From Dehalococcoidia bacterium (lineage in GTDB: Bacteria; Chloroflexota; Dehalococcoidia; Lucifugimonadales; CAZENU01), in assembly GCA_965117035.1 (NCBI GenBank), contig OZ220748.1:815992-879991 (forward strand): DNA of 64,000 bases, in the 5' to 3' direction. Made by a program: the position numbers and the translations under genes. Below the pieces are notes generated by a model that worked only from the letters and a program-made list of their open reading frames with translations, was not told where the DNA came from and did no database searches. Of this stretch, positions 47,483-54,965 are shown piece after piece. Within the stretch, counting starts at the first letter, position 1; every line of letters starts with the position of its first letter.

Positions 47483-47776
47483 CGTCCTCGTCTCTACCCT
47501 CGCTCGGGGTCCGCTCGGACCCGCGTCCGCCGCCTGGGGCGCGTCGGGGTCCGCAGCCGCCTGGGCGGGGAGCGGCGTGTCCGCCGCCATAGCCGCCCGC
47601 GGGGCCGCGGGACCGCCCGTGGCCGCCTGCGGCTGCGCCGGGTCTACCGGCTGCGCGGCAGCCTGCGGCGCGACCGGCTCGGCCGCCTCCTCGGCGGCAC
47701 AAGCCGCGACGACTGCCATAGCCGCGATCGCTGCCACAACGAGCAGCAATACTCTCGATTTCAGAACGTTACTCAT
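45935..47776 (-). CDS. ABC substrate-binding lipoprotein, family 5, SBP-1
   Basis: ATG at 47776 after AGAGGT; lipobox (AMAVVAAC), about 95-aa Ala/Pro/Gln linker, SBP_bac_5 body; the C-terminal ~515 aa are identical to SBP-2. Confidence 0.9.
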   Translation of the reverse strand: MSNVLKSRVLLLVVAAIAAMAVVAACAAEEAAEPVAPQAAAQPVDPAQPQAATGGPAAPRAAMAADTPLPAQAAADPDAPQAADAGPSGPRARVETRTGPEGGGPQLHDSQVAMSVGRFRSTMAPWRDGGGNRIFSTQVFGPPFIINQKGDVLPWIATGITSNDSLDVWTLKIREDAVFQDGTPITAADFKAYWEHGAKPENIVAWGGASLTLGDIAGWEELRAGEVTESDGLVVIDDQTLEVSTVIPLATWPLNMAAWHVGISKLDQVKADDDWGNAPISAGPFSLSYDPDSGLTEVTRVDLAGKQWNGPHATPIIEKLSLPVIPDRQVQVIMFENGELDVMSIDSTTYEAALNPSHPFNPLLYISPYGGLGFTKLKIDMAPLEDLLVRKALAHGQDMETIVKAVWGSTATRAKGLISSLIPCHNPDSDPQYYDPDLARQALSESTYGSGDNLPLLLIDLAHPTTIAMGVAMKEYWKDNLDVELDILRRESGMPRRENSQFYRISLGSWIPDPIQIVSNLTRKDSIESLSNIPGGYPVLDAMVEYARSLPLDHPDRCAAFQAVEQEYLEKVYMIPFTEVQGVKWVVQPWLIGFESTSNLDFNTLTTAYIAKH

Positions 47777-47817
47777 TGGTTCGACCTCTATCACTTAAGG
47801 TTCAACGCGTCCTTGCA

Positions 47818-47846
47818 ATAATAGGGAGCGCTCCGATAGCTGTCAA
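47818..47846 (-). promoter_or_regulatory. sigma-70-type promoter of SBP-1 (TTGACA-17-TATTAT)
   Basis: Minus-strand TTGACA at 47846-47841, 17-nt spacer, TATTAT at 47823-47818, about 40 nt upstream of the start codon. Confidence 0.55.
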
Positions 47847-48004
47847 GACCGCCCCGGCGGCGGCGGGAGGCCTCTGAATTCCGCGAAGCCGCGCCCCACA
47901 GGTCGTGTTCGGCCGTATCCGCAAACTCGCAAGGGCAACCCCACCGGTTCAGCCTTCCTGCCGGAGCATTCCGCAGAATGTCCCGCCTGATCGCCCCATC
48001 CATT

Positions 48005-48049
48005 CCCCGGCAACACACGTGGGCCCCGGGATCGCTCCCGGGGCCCCAC
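48005..48049 (-). terminator. GC-rich hairpin terminator after SBP-2
   Basis: GTGGGCCCCGGGA / TCCCGGGGCCCCAC stem (one bulge) with 4-nt loop, 70 nt past the stop codon. Confidence 0.5.
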
Positions 48050-48058
48050 GTTCTGTCG

Positions 48059-49668
48059 ACTCCGTTGTCCTCACGCCGGCTCAGACCGGCGTCGGAACCG
48101 CTCTATTCGAAGTGACTCGCCTAGTGCTTCGCGATGTACGCCGTCGTCAGCGTGTTGAAGTCCAGGTTGCTCGTGCTCTCGAATCCGATGAGCCACGGCT
48201 GCACCACCCACTTGACTCCCTGCACCTCGGTGAACGGGATCATGTAGACCTTCTCGAGGTACTCCTGTTCGACGGCCTGGAACGCGGCGCAGCGGTCCGG
48301 GTGGTCCAGCGGCAGCGACCGGGCGTACTCGACCATGGCGTCCAGCACCGGGTAGCCGCCCGGTATGTTGCTCAGCGACTCGATCGAGTCCTTGCGAGTC
48401 AGGTTGCTCACGATCTGGATCGGGTCGGGAATCCACGAACCCAGGCTGATGCGGTAGAACTGCGAGTTCTCGCGCCTGGGCATGCCCGACTCGCGTCGGA
48501 GGATATCCAGCTCCACGTCCAGGTTGTCCTTCCAGTACTCCTTCATCGCGACGCCCATGGCGATGGTCGTCGGGTGCGCCAGGTCGATCAGCAGCAGGGG
48601 CAGGTTGTCGCCGCTGCCGTAGGTCGACTCGGACAGGGCCTGTCGGGCCAGGTCTGGATCGTAGTACTGGGGATCGGAGTCCGGGTTGTGACATGGGATC
48701 AGGCTGGATATCAGGCCCTTGGCCCTGGTTGCCGTGGAGCCCCATACGGCCTTGACGATCGTCTCCATGTCCTGGCCGTGGGCCAGCGCCTTGCGGACCA
48801 GCAGGTCCTCCAGCGGCGCCATGTCGATCTTCAGCTTGGTGAACCCAAGGCCGCCGTACGGCGAAATGTACAGCAGCGGGTTGAACGGATGGCTCGGGTT
48901 CAGCGCCGCCTCGTACGTCGTCGAATCGATCGACATCACGTCCAGCTCGCCGTTCTCGAACATGATCACCTGGACCTGGCGGTCCGGAATCACCGGCAGC
49001 GAGAGCTTCTCGATTATGGGCGTGGCGTGCGGCCCGTTCCACTGCTTGCCGGCCAGGTCGACCCTGGTGACCTCGGTGAGGCCGCTGTCAGGATCGTAGC
49101 TCAGGCTGAAGGGGCCCGCCGAGATCGGGGCGTTGCCCCAGTCGTCGTCGGCCTTCACCTGGTCGAGCTTCGAGATGCCGACATGCCATGCGGCCATGTT
49201 CAGCGGCCAGGTGGCCAACGGGATCACCGTCGAAACCTCCAGCGTCTGGTCGTCGATCACGACCAGGCCGTCGGACTCGGTCACCTCCCCAGCGCGCAAC
49301 TCTTCCCAGCCCGCGATGTCGCCAAGGGTCAGGCTCGCGCCGCCCCACGCGACGATGTTCTCGGGCTTCGCGCCGTGCTCCCAGTAAGCCTTGAAGTCGG
49401 CCGCCGTGATCGGGGTCCCGTCCTGGAAGACGGCATCCTCACGTATCTTCAGCGTCCAGACGTCCAGCGAGTCGTTGGAGGTGATACCCGTCGCGATCCA
49501 CGGCAGCACGTCTCCCTTCTGGTTGATGATGAAGGGCGGGCCGAAGACCTGCGTCGAGAATATCCTGTTTCCGCCGCCATCGCGCCACGGGGCCATCGTG
49601 CTCCGGAAGCGGCCCACGGACATCGCGACCTGCGAGTCGTGGAGCTGCGGCCCGCCGCCCTCCGGTCC
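48059..49668. repeat. second copy of the apparently identical 1610-bp block
   Basis: See 45873-47482. Confidence 0.9.
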
Positions 49669-49965
49669 TGTCCTCGTCTCTACCTTCGCGCGGGGTCCGC
49701 TCGGACCCGCGTCCGCTGCCTGGGGCGCGTCGGGGTCCGCAGCCGCCTGGGCGGGCAGCGGCGTGTCCGCCGCCATCGCGGCCCGCGGCGCCGCGGGCCC
49801 GCCGGTGGCCGCCTGCGGCTGGGCCGGGTCTACAGGCTGCGACGCAGCTTGGGGCGCAACCGGCTCCGCTGCCTCCTCCGCCGCGCAGGACGCGATCGCG
49901 ACCAGCGAGATGATGGATGCGGCCATCAAGAGCAGAATTCCTGATTTCGCCATTTTACGCACCAT
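48121..49965 (-). CDS. ABC substrate-binding lipoprotein, family 5, SBP-2
   Basis: ATG at 49965 after GGGAG (alternative start 49953); lipobox (LVAIASC); differs from SBP-1 only in the signal peptide and a few linker residues. Confidence 0.9.
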   Translation of the reverse strand: MVRKMAKSGILLLMAASIISLVAIASCAAEEAAEPVAPQAASQPVDPAQPQAATGGPAAPRAAMAADTPLPAQAAADPDAPQAADAGPSGPRAKVETRTGPEGGGPQLHDSQVAMSVGRFRSTMAPWRDGGGNRIFSTQVFGPPFIINQKGDVLPWIATGITSNDSLDVWTLKIREDAVFQDGTPITAADFKAYWEHGAKPENIVAWGGASLTLGDIAGWEELRAGEVTESDGLVVIDDQTLEVSTVIPLATWPLNMAAWHVGISKLDQVKADDDWGNAPISAGPFSLSYDPDSGLTEVTRVDLAGKQWNGPHATPIIEKLSLPVIPDRQVQVIMFENGELDVMSIDSTTYEAALNPSHPFNPLLYISPYGGLGFTKLKIDMAPLEDLLVRKALAHGQDMETIVKAVWGSTATRAKGLISSLIPCHNPDSDPQYYDPDLARQALSESTYGSGDNLPLLLIDLAHPTTIAMGVAMKEYWKDNLDVELDILRRESGMPRRENSQFYRISLGSWIPDPIQIVSNLTRKDSIESLSNIPGGYPVLDAMVEYARSLPLDHPDRCAAFQAVEQEYLEKVYMIPFTEVQGVKWVVQPWLIGFESTSNLDFNTLTTAYIAKH

Positions 49966-50007
49966 TATTGCTCCCAATCACTAAAGGGCGTAGTCCAGTG
50001 GGCCCAA

Positions 50008-50035
50008 TTATAGAGGCGCCCGAATCGCTGTCAAT
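50008..50035 (-). promoter_or_regulatory. sigma-70-type promoter of SBP-2 (TTGACA-16-TATAAT)
   Basis: Minus-strand TTGACA 50035-50030, 16-nt spacer, TATAAT 50013-50008. Confidence 0.6.
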
Positions 50036-50189
50036 ACCTCGGAGTCCGAGGCGGCGGACCGTCGATCTCCGGCATCCGTGATCCGGGTCCACTGCTTCAG
50101 TCGGACCGCGCCCGTTGCGTTTGGCCGGGGCGGCCGGCGCCTTGGTTCGCAAGAACTCGACGCACGTCCGCCGGCGCCGTGGGCCTACC

Positions 50190-50233
50190 GTGGGGAACGA
50201 CAAAGGGCCCCGGGCAGTTGCCCCGGGGCCCTT
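50190..50233 (-). terminator. GC-rich hairpin terminator after SBP-3
   Basis: AAGGGCCCCGGGC / GCCCCGGGGCCCTT stem, AGTT loop, followed on the minus strand by TTTGTCGTT. Confidence 0.6.
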
Positions 50234-50261
50234 CGACTTATCGTCGGTTATGCGGTCCGGT

Positions 50262-52070
50262 CTAGTGCTTCAGGATGTACATCCAGGGCATCGTGTTGAT
50301 TTCTTTGTTGCTTGTGCTCTCGAAGCCAACCGCCCACGGCTGCACGATCCACTTCGAGCCGCCGACCCACCGGATAGGCATGAAGTACACCTTGTCCATG
50401 TACTCTTCCTCGACCGCCTGCCACGCCGCGCAGCGCTCTGGATCGTCCAGCGCCAGCGACCGCGCGTGCTCTACCAGCGCGTCCATCACCGGGTAACCGC
50501 CCGGAATGTTGCTCAGACCCTCGATCGAGTCCTTACGGGTCAGGTTGCTTACGATCTGGATCGGGTCCGGTATCCACGAACCCAGGCTGATGCGGTAGAA
50601 CTGCGACGCCTCTCGCCGAGGCATGCCGCTCTCGCGCTTCAGGATGTCGAGATCGATGCCGAGGTTGTCCTTCCAGTACTCCTTGACCGCGACGCCCATG
50701 TTGACCATGAGCGGACGGGCCAGGTCGATCAGCAGCGGCGGTAGGTTGTCCGCACTGCCGTACGAGGACGTGGTCAACTCCTGGCGGGCCAGGTCAGGAT
50801 CGTAGATGTGACCCTGGGCATCCGGGTTGTGGCAAGGAATCAGCGGCGAGATCAGTCCCGTCGCGAAGTCCTCGGTCACGCCCCAGACCGCCTTGACGAT
50901 CGAGCGCATGTCCGCGCCGTGCGCCAGCGCCTTGCGGACCAGCAGGTCCTCCAGCGGCGCCATGTCGATCTTGTTCTTGATGAACCACAGGCCGCCGTAC
51001 GGGGTTACCACCAGCAGCGGGTTGAACGGATGGCTCGGGTCCAGCGCAGCCTCGTAGGTCGCGCTGTCGATCGCCATCAGGTCGAGCTCGCCGTTCTCGA
51101 ACGCGATCACCTTGACCTGGTTGTCGGTGATGTTCAGGCCGTGCAGCACCTTGATGTTAGGCGAGGGGCCCCAGAACTCGGCAACGTCGGCCGTAGCCGT
51201 GTACACTTTCGTGTCAGGATCCGTCTCCCACTTGTACGGGCCAGCGCCGATCGGCTTGGTGAACCACTCTTCGTCAGACTGGACCTGGTCGAGCTTCGAG
51301 ATGCCCGAGTGCCAGGACGCCATGGCCAGCGGCCAGGTCGGGAACGGGATGGCCGTCGTGATCTCGAGGGTGTGGTCGTCGACAGCGACCAGGCCCTCGG
51401 CCTCGGTCACGTCGCCCGCGCGCAGCTCTTCCCAGCCCGCGATGTCGCCCAGGGACAGGCTCGCGCCGCCCCACGCAACGATATTCTCAGGCTTCGCGCC
51501 GTGCTCCCAGTAGGCCTTGAAGTCGGCCGCCGTGATCGGAGTGCCGTCCTGGAAGACAGCGTCCTCACGCAGCTTGACCGTCCAGACCGTCTCGTCCTCG
51601 TTGACCGTGTGGCTGATGCCAATGTACGGCCGGATCACGCCGAACTTGTCGACCTGGTAGATCATGCCGTATACCCACGGCGAGAAGATCCGCTGTCCGC
51701 CGCCGTCACGCCAGGGGGCTACCCCACCATGACCGTTCGGGATCCTGATCTCCTGCGGGTCGTGCAGCTCGGTGCCCGCCGGGACGACCGTCGTCGGGTC
51801 GACCGGGAAGACATCCGGCAGCTTCATCATCCCCGTGTCCGCCGGCATCGCCGCGGTTGGCGCAGCCGTCGCCGCGGCAGGCGCCGCGGTCGGCGCCATC
51901 GCTGCCGTCGTCGGCGCGGCCGGTGCCGTCGTCGGCGCGGCTGGCGCCGTCGTCGGCGCGGCCATTGCCGCCGTCGGAGCCGGCTCCGCCGCTTCTTCAT
52001 CTGTGCCGCACGCCAGCGCAGCCACCAGCACAATCGACACCAACATGACCAATAGCAGCTTGAGCTTCAT
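50262..52070 (-). CDS. ABC substrate-binding lipoprotein, family 5, SBP-3
   Basis: ATG at 52070 after AAGGGGGA; MKLKLLLVMLVSIVLVAALAC lipobox; Ala/Pro/Thr linker with 3 x 21-bp repeat; body clearly diverged from SBP-1/2, with conserved blocks. Confidence 0.9.
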   Translation of the reverse strand: MKLKLLLVMLVSIVLVAALACGTDEEAAEPAPTAAMAAPTTAPAAPTTAPAAPTTAAMAPTAAPAAATAAPTAAMPADTGMMKLPDVFPVDPTTVVPAGTELHDPQEIRIPNGHGGVAPWRDGGGQRIFSPWVYGMIYQVDKFGVIRPYIGISHTVNEDETVWTVKLREDAVFQDGTPITAADFKAYWEHGAKPENIVAWGGASLSLGDIAGWEELRAGDVTEAEGLVAVDDHTLEITTAIPFPTWPLAMASWHSGISKLDQVQSDEEWFTKPIGAGPYKWETDPDTKVYTATADVAEFWGPSPNIKVLHGLNITDNQVKVIAFENGELDLMAIDSATYEAALDPSHPFNPLLVVTPYGGLWFIKNKIDMAPLEDLLVRKALAHGADMRSIVKAVWGVTEDFATGLISPLIPCHNPDAQGHIYDPDLARQELTTSSYGSADNLPPLLIDLARPLMVNMGVAVKEYWKDNLGIDLDILKRESGMPRREASQFYRISLGSWIPDPIQIVSNLTRKDSIEGLSNIPGGYPVMDALVEHARSLALDDPERCAAWQAVEEEYMDKVYFMPIRWVGGSKWIVQPWAVGFESTSNKEINTMPWMYILKH

Positions 52071-52084
52071 CGAATTCCCCCTTT

Positions 52085-52189
52085 TCACTTTTTCCGAATC
52101 TCGCGAAACGCTACCGGCCACTTTAACGACCGGTTTTCGGATGCGGCCATCAAGAGCAGAATTCCTAGTTTCGACGTCTTACGCGGCAT
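52085..52189 (-). pseudogene. fossil SBP-1/2-type signal-peptide start embedded in the SBP-3 leader
   Basis: ATG CCG CGT AAG ACG TCG AAA CTA GGA ATT CTG CTC TTG ATG GCC GCA TCC (MPRKTSKLGILLLMAAS) parallels SBP-2 MVRKMAKSGILLLMAAS. It then runs into SBP-3/4-type 5' UTR sequence and stops 15 nt before the SBP-3 ATG. The SD-bearing 16 nt of the SBP-2 leader are deleted. Confidence 0.6.
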
Positions 52190-52214
52190 TAAAGGGCGTA
52201 ATCCAGTGGGCTCC

Positions 52215-52242
52215 ATTATAGAGGCGCCCGAACCGTTGTCAA
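52215..52242 (-). promoter_or_regulatory. sigma-70-type promoter upstream of SBP-3 (TTGACA-16-TATAAT)
   Basis: Minus-strand TTGACA 52242-52237, 16-nt spacer, TATAAT 52220-52215; leader of about 140 nt containing the fossil start. Confidence 0.55.
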
Positions 52243-52393
52243 TACCTCGGAATCCGAGTACGTGTTCAGCGTCAAGGGGACGAATGCTCCCAAGCTCTGG
52301 ACACCGGCGCGCCTTCACGGGTGTGGGCTCTTCGCGGGTGTGACGGCGTTGTGGTCAATGGAATCTGGCAGGCGTGGGGCCAGACGCCAACGC

Positions 52394-52553
52394 AACCCCG
52401 TTCGCCGTGAGTGCCCCGACGCTTCGTCGGGGTGTATCGAAGGGCCGGCGCAACCCGGTCTCCTGGCGGGGCCGAGACGAGTATTGGCGGCAAAGCCGCG
52501 TGCGCTACTCGGGGTGAACGGGTTGTGGGGACACCTCGAGTCTGAACAGCTAC
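52394..52553 (+). repeat. repeat family R3, full-length copy
   Basis: AACCCCGTTCGCCGTGAGTGCCCCGACGCTTCGTCGGGGTGTATCGAAGGGCCGGCGCAACCCGGTCTCCTGGCGGGGCCGAGACGAGTATTGGCGGCAAAGCCGCGTGCGCTACTCGGGGTGAACGGGTTGTGGGGACACCTCGAGTCTGAACAGCTAC; aligns with 39111-39287(-). Confidence 0.8.
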
Positions 52554-52625
52554 GAGTCCGACGCAGCAGACCGGCGACCTCGGGCCTCCGAGCCCATGCA
52601 TCGGATATCGGACGCCCCGTTTCGC

Positions 52626-52789
52626 CGTCGGACCCGGCCCGTTGCGTTTGGCCGGAGAGGCCGGCGCCTGTTCGCAAAACTCGACGTCCGTCCGCCGCCG
52701 TAGGCCTGCTGTGCGGAACGACAAAGGGCCCCGGGTTAAACTGCCGGGCCCTTTAACTCATCGTCCGTTATTCGATCCAGTGCTTCAGT
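52626..52789 (-). repeat. orphan duplicate of the SBP 3'-UTR/terminator module ending in a fossil gene end (CCAGTGCTTCAG)
   Basis: Aligns with 52790-52958 and 50093-50275; carries its own hairpin (AAAGGGCCCCGG / CCGGGCCCTTT, about 52723-52754); CTGAAGCACTGG here vs CTGAAGCACTAG (LKH-stop) at real gene ends. Confidence 0.7.
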
Positions 52790-52877
52790 CGGACCCGGCC
52801 CGTTGCGTTTGGCCGGAGAGGCCGGCGCCCCGTTCGCAATACTCGACGGCCGTCCGCCGCCGCCGTATGTCTGATGT

Positions 52878-52918
52878 GCGGAACGACAAAGGGCCCCGGG
52901 CAGTTGCCCGGGGCCCTT
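52878..52918 (-). terminator. GC-rich hairpin terminator after SBP-4
   Basis: Perfect 13-bp stem AAGGGCCCCGGGC / GCCCGGGGCCCTT, AGTT loop, followed on the minus strand by TTTGTCGTTC. Confidence 0.65.
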
Positions 52919-52946
52919 CGACTTATCGTCGGTTATGCGGTCCGGT

Positions 52947-54755
52947 CTAGTGCTTCAGGATGTACATCCAGGGCATCGTGTTGATGTCGAGGTTGCTTGT
53001 GCTCTCGAAGCCAACCGCCCACGGCTGCACGATCCACTTCACGCCGCCGACCCAGCGGATAGGCATGAAGTACACCTTGTCCATGTACTCTTCCTCGACC
53101 GCCTGCCACGCCGCGCAGCGCTCCGGATCGTCCAGCGCCAGCGACCGCGCGTGCTCTACCAGCGCGTCCATCACCGGGTAACCGCCCGGAATGTTGCTCA
53201 GACCCTCGATCGAGTCCTTACGGGTCAGGTTGCTTACGATCTGGATCGGGTCCGGTATCCACGAACCCAGGCTGATGCGGTAGAACTGCGACGCCTCTCG
53301 CCGAGGCATGCCGCTCTCGCGCTTCAGGATGTCGAGATCGATGCCGAGGTTGTCCTTCCAGTACTCCTTGACCGCGACGCCCATGTTGACCATGAGCGGA
53401 CGGGCCAGGTCGATCAGCAGCGGCGGCAGGTTGTCCGCACTGCCGTACGAGGACGTGGACAGCTCCTGGCGGGCCAGGTCAGGATCGTAGATGTGACCCT
53501 GGGCATCCGGGTTGTGGCAAGGAATCAGCGGCGAGATCAGTCCCGTCGCGAAGTCCTCGGTCACGCCCCAGACCGCCTTGACGATCGAGCGCATGTCCGC
53601 GCCGTGCGCCAGCGCCTTGCGGACCAGCAGGTCCTCCAGCGGCGCCATGTCGATCTTGTTCTTGATGAACCACAGGCCGCCGTACGGGGTTACCTTCAGC
53701 AGCGGGTTAAACGGATGGCTCGGGTCCAGCGCAGCCTCGTAGGTCGCGCTGTCGATCGACATCAGGTCGAGCTCGCCGTTCTCGAACGCGATCACCTTGA
53801 CCTGGTTGTCCCTGATGTTCAGGCCGTGCAGCACCTTGATGTTAGGCGAGGGGCCCCAGAACTCGGCAACGTCGGCCGTAGCCGTGTACTCGCTCGTGTC
53901 CGGGTCGGTCACCCACTGGTACGGGCCAGCGCCGATCGGCTTGGTGAACCACTCTTCGTCAGACTGGACCTGGTCGAGCTTCGAGATGCCCGAGTGCCAG
54001 GACGCCATGGCCAGCGGCCAGGTCGGGAACGGAATGGCCGTCGTGATCTCGAGGGTGTGGTCGTCGATGACCGTCAGGCCCTCGGCCTCGGTCACGTCGC
54101 CCGCGCGCAGCTCTTCCCAGCCCGCGATGTCGCCCAGGGACAGGCTCGCGCCGCCCCACGCAACGATGTTCTCAGGCTTCGCGCCGTGCTCCCAGTAGGC
54201 CTTGAAGTCGGCCGCCGTGATCGGAGTGCCGTCCTGGAAGACAGCGTCCTCACGCAGCTTGACCGTCCAGACCGTCTCGTCCTCGTTGACCGTGTGGCTG
54301 ATGCCAATGTATGGCCGGATGACGCCGAACTTGTCGATCTGGTAGACCGTGCCGTATACCCACATCGAGAAGATCCGCTGTCCGCCACCGTCACGCCAGG
54401 GGGCTACCCCACCATGACCGTTCGGGACCCTGATCTCCTGCGGGTCGTGCAGATCGGTGCCCGCCGGGACGACCGTCGTCGGGTCGACCGGGAAGACATC
54501 CGGCAGCTTCGGCATCGTGTCCACCATCGCCGCGGTTGGCGCAGCCGTAGGAGCGGCCGGTGCCGCCGTAGGCGCCATCGCTGCCGTCGTCGGCGCGGCT
54601 GGTGCCGTCGTCGGCGCGGCCGGCGCCGTCGTCGGCGCGGCCATTGCCGCCGTCGGAGCCGGAGCCGTCTCCGTCTCTTCTTCATCTGTGCCGCACGCCA
54701 GCGCCGCCACCAGCGCAATCGACACCAACATGACCAATAGCAACTTAAGCTTCAT
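52947..54755 (-). CDS. ABC substrate-binding lipoprotein, family 5, SBP-4
   Basis: ATG at 54755 after GGGGGA; MKLKLLLVMLVSIALVAALAC lipobox; roughly 95% identical by eye to SBP-3. Confidence 0.9.
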   Translation of the reverse strand: MKLKLLLVMLVSIALVAALACGTDEEETETAPAPTAAMAAPTTAPAAPTTAPAAPTTAAMAPTAAPAAPTAAPTAAMVDTMPKLPDVFPVDPTTVVPAGTDLHDPQEIRVPNGHGGVAPWRDGGGQRIFSMWVYGTVYQIDKFGVIRPYIGISHTVNEDETVWTVKLREDAVFQDGTPITAADFKAYWEHGAKPENIVAWGGASLSLGDIAGWEELRAGDVTEAEGLTVIDDHTLEITTAIPFPTWPLAMASWHSGISKLDQVQSDEEWFTKPIGAGPYQWVTDPDTSEYTATADVAEFWGPSPNIKVLHGLNIRDNQVKVIAFENGELDLMSIDSATYEAALDPSHPFNPLLKVTPYGGLWFIKNKIDMAPLEDLLVRKALAHGADMRSIVKAVWGVTEDFATGLISPLIPCHNPDAQGHIYDPDLARQELSTSSYGSADNLPPLLIDLARPLMVNMGVAVKEYWKDNLGIDLDILKRESGMPRREASQFYRISLGSWIPDPIQIVSNLTRKDSIEGLSNIPGGYPVMDALVEHARSLALDDPERCAAWQAVEEEYMDKVYFMPIRWVGGVKWIVQPWAVGFESTSNLDINTMPWMYILKH

Positions 54756-54804
54756 CGATTCCCCCATTTCACTTTTTTCCGAATTTCGCGAAACGCTACC
54801 GGCC

Positions 54805-54832
54805 ATTATAATGACCGGTTCCCGGCTGTCAA
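54805..54832 (-). promoter_or_regulatory. sigma-70-type promoter of SBP-4 (TTGACA-16-TATAAT)
   Basis: Minus-strand TTGACA 54832-54827, 16-nt spacer, TATAAT 54810-54805, about 45 nt upstream of the start codon. Confidence 0.6.
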
Positions 54833-54965
54833 GACCTCGGACTCCGATGTACTCACCCAACTTGGCCCATCGCATCCTCGGCCCGGCGGGGATTATAGCC
54901 GCCGAAACCCGGATGTCAAGGGGCGGAGCACAAGCCGTAGTCCACGTCCACCGCCGGACTGCTCC

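Noticed and set aside
45473-54875. Mobile-element or composite-transposon explanation for the duplicated SBP region
   Set aside because: No transposase, integrase or terminal inverted repeats flank the duplicated blocks. Junctions fall at gene ends and leaders, consistent with homologous or unequal recombination instead.
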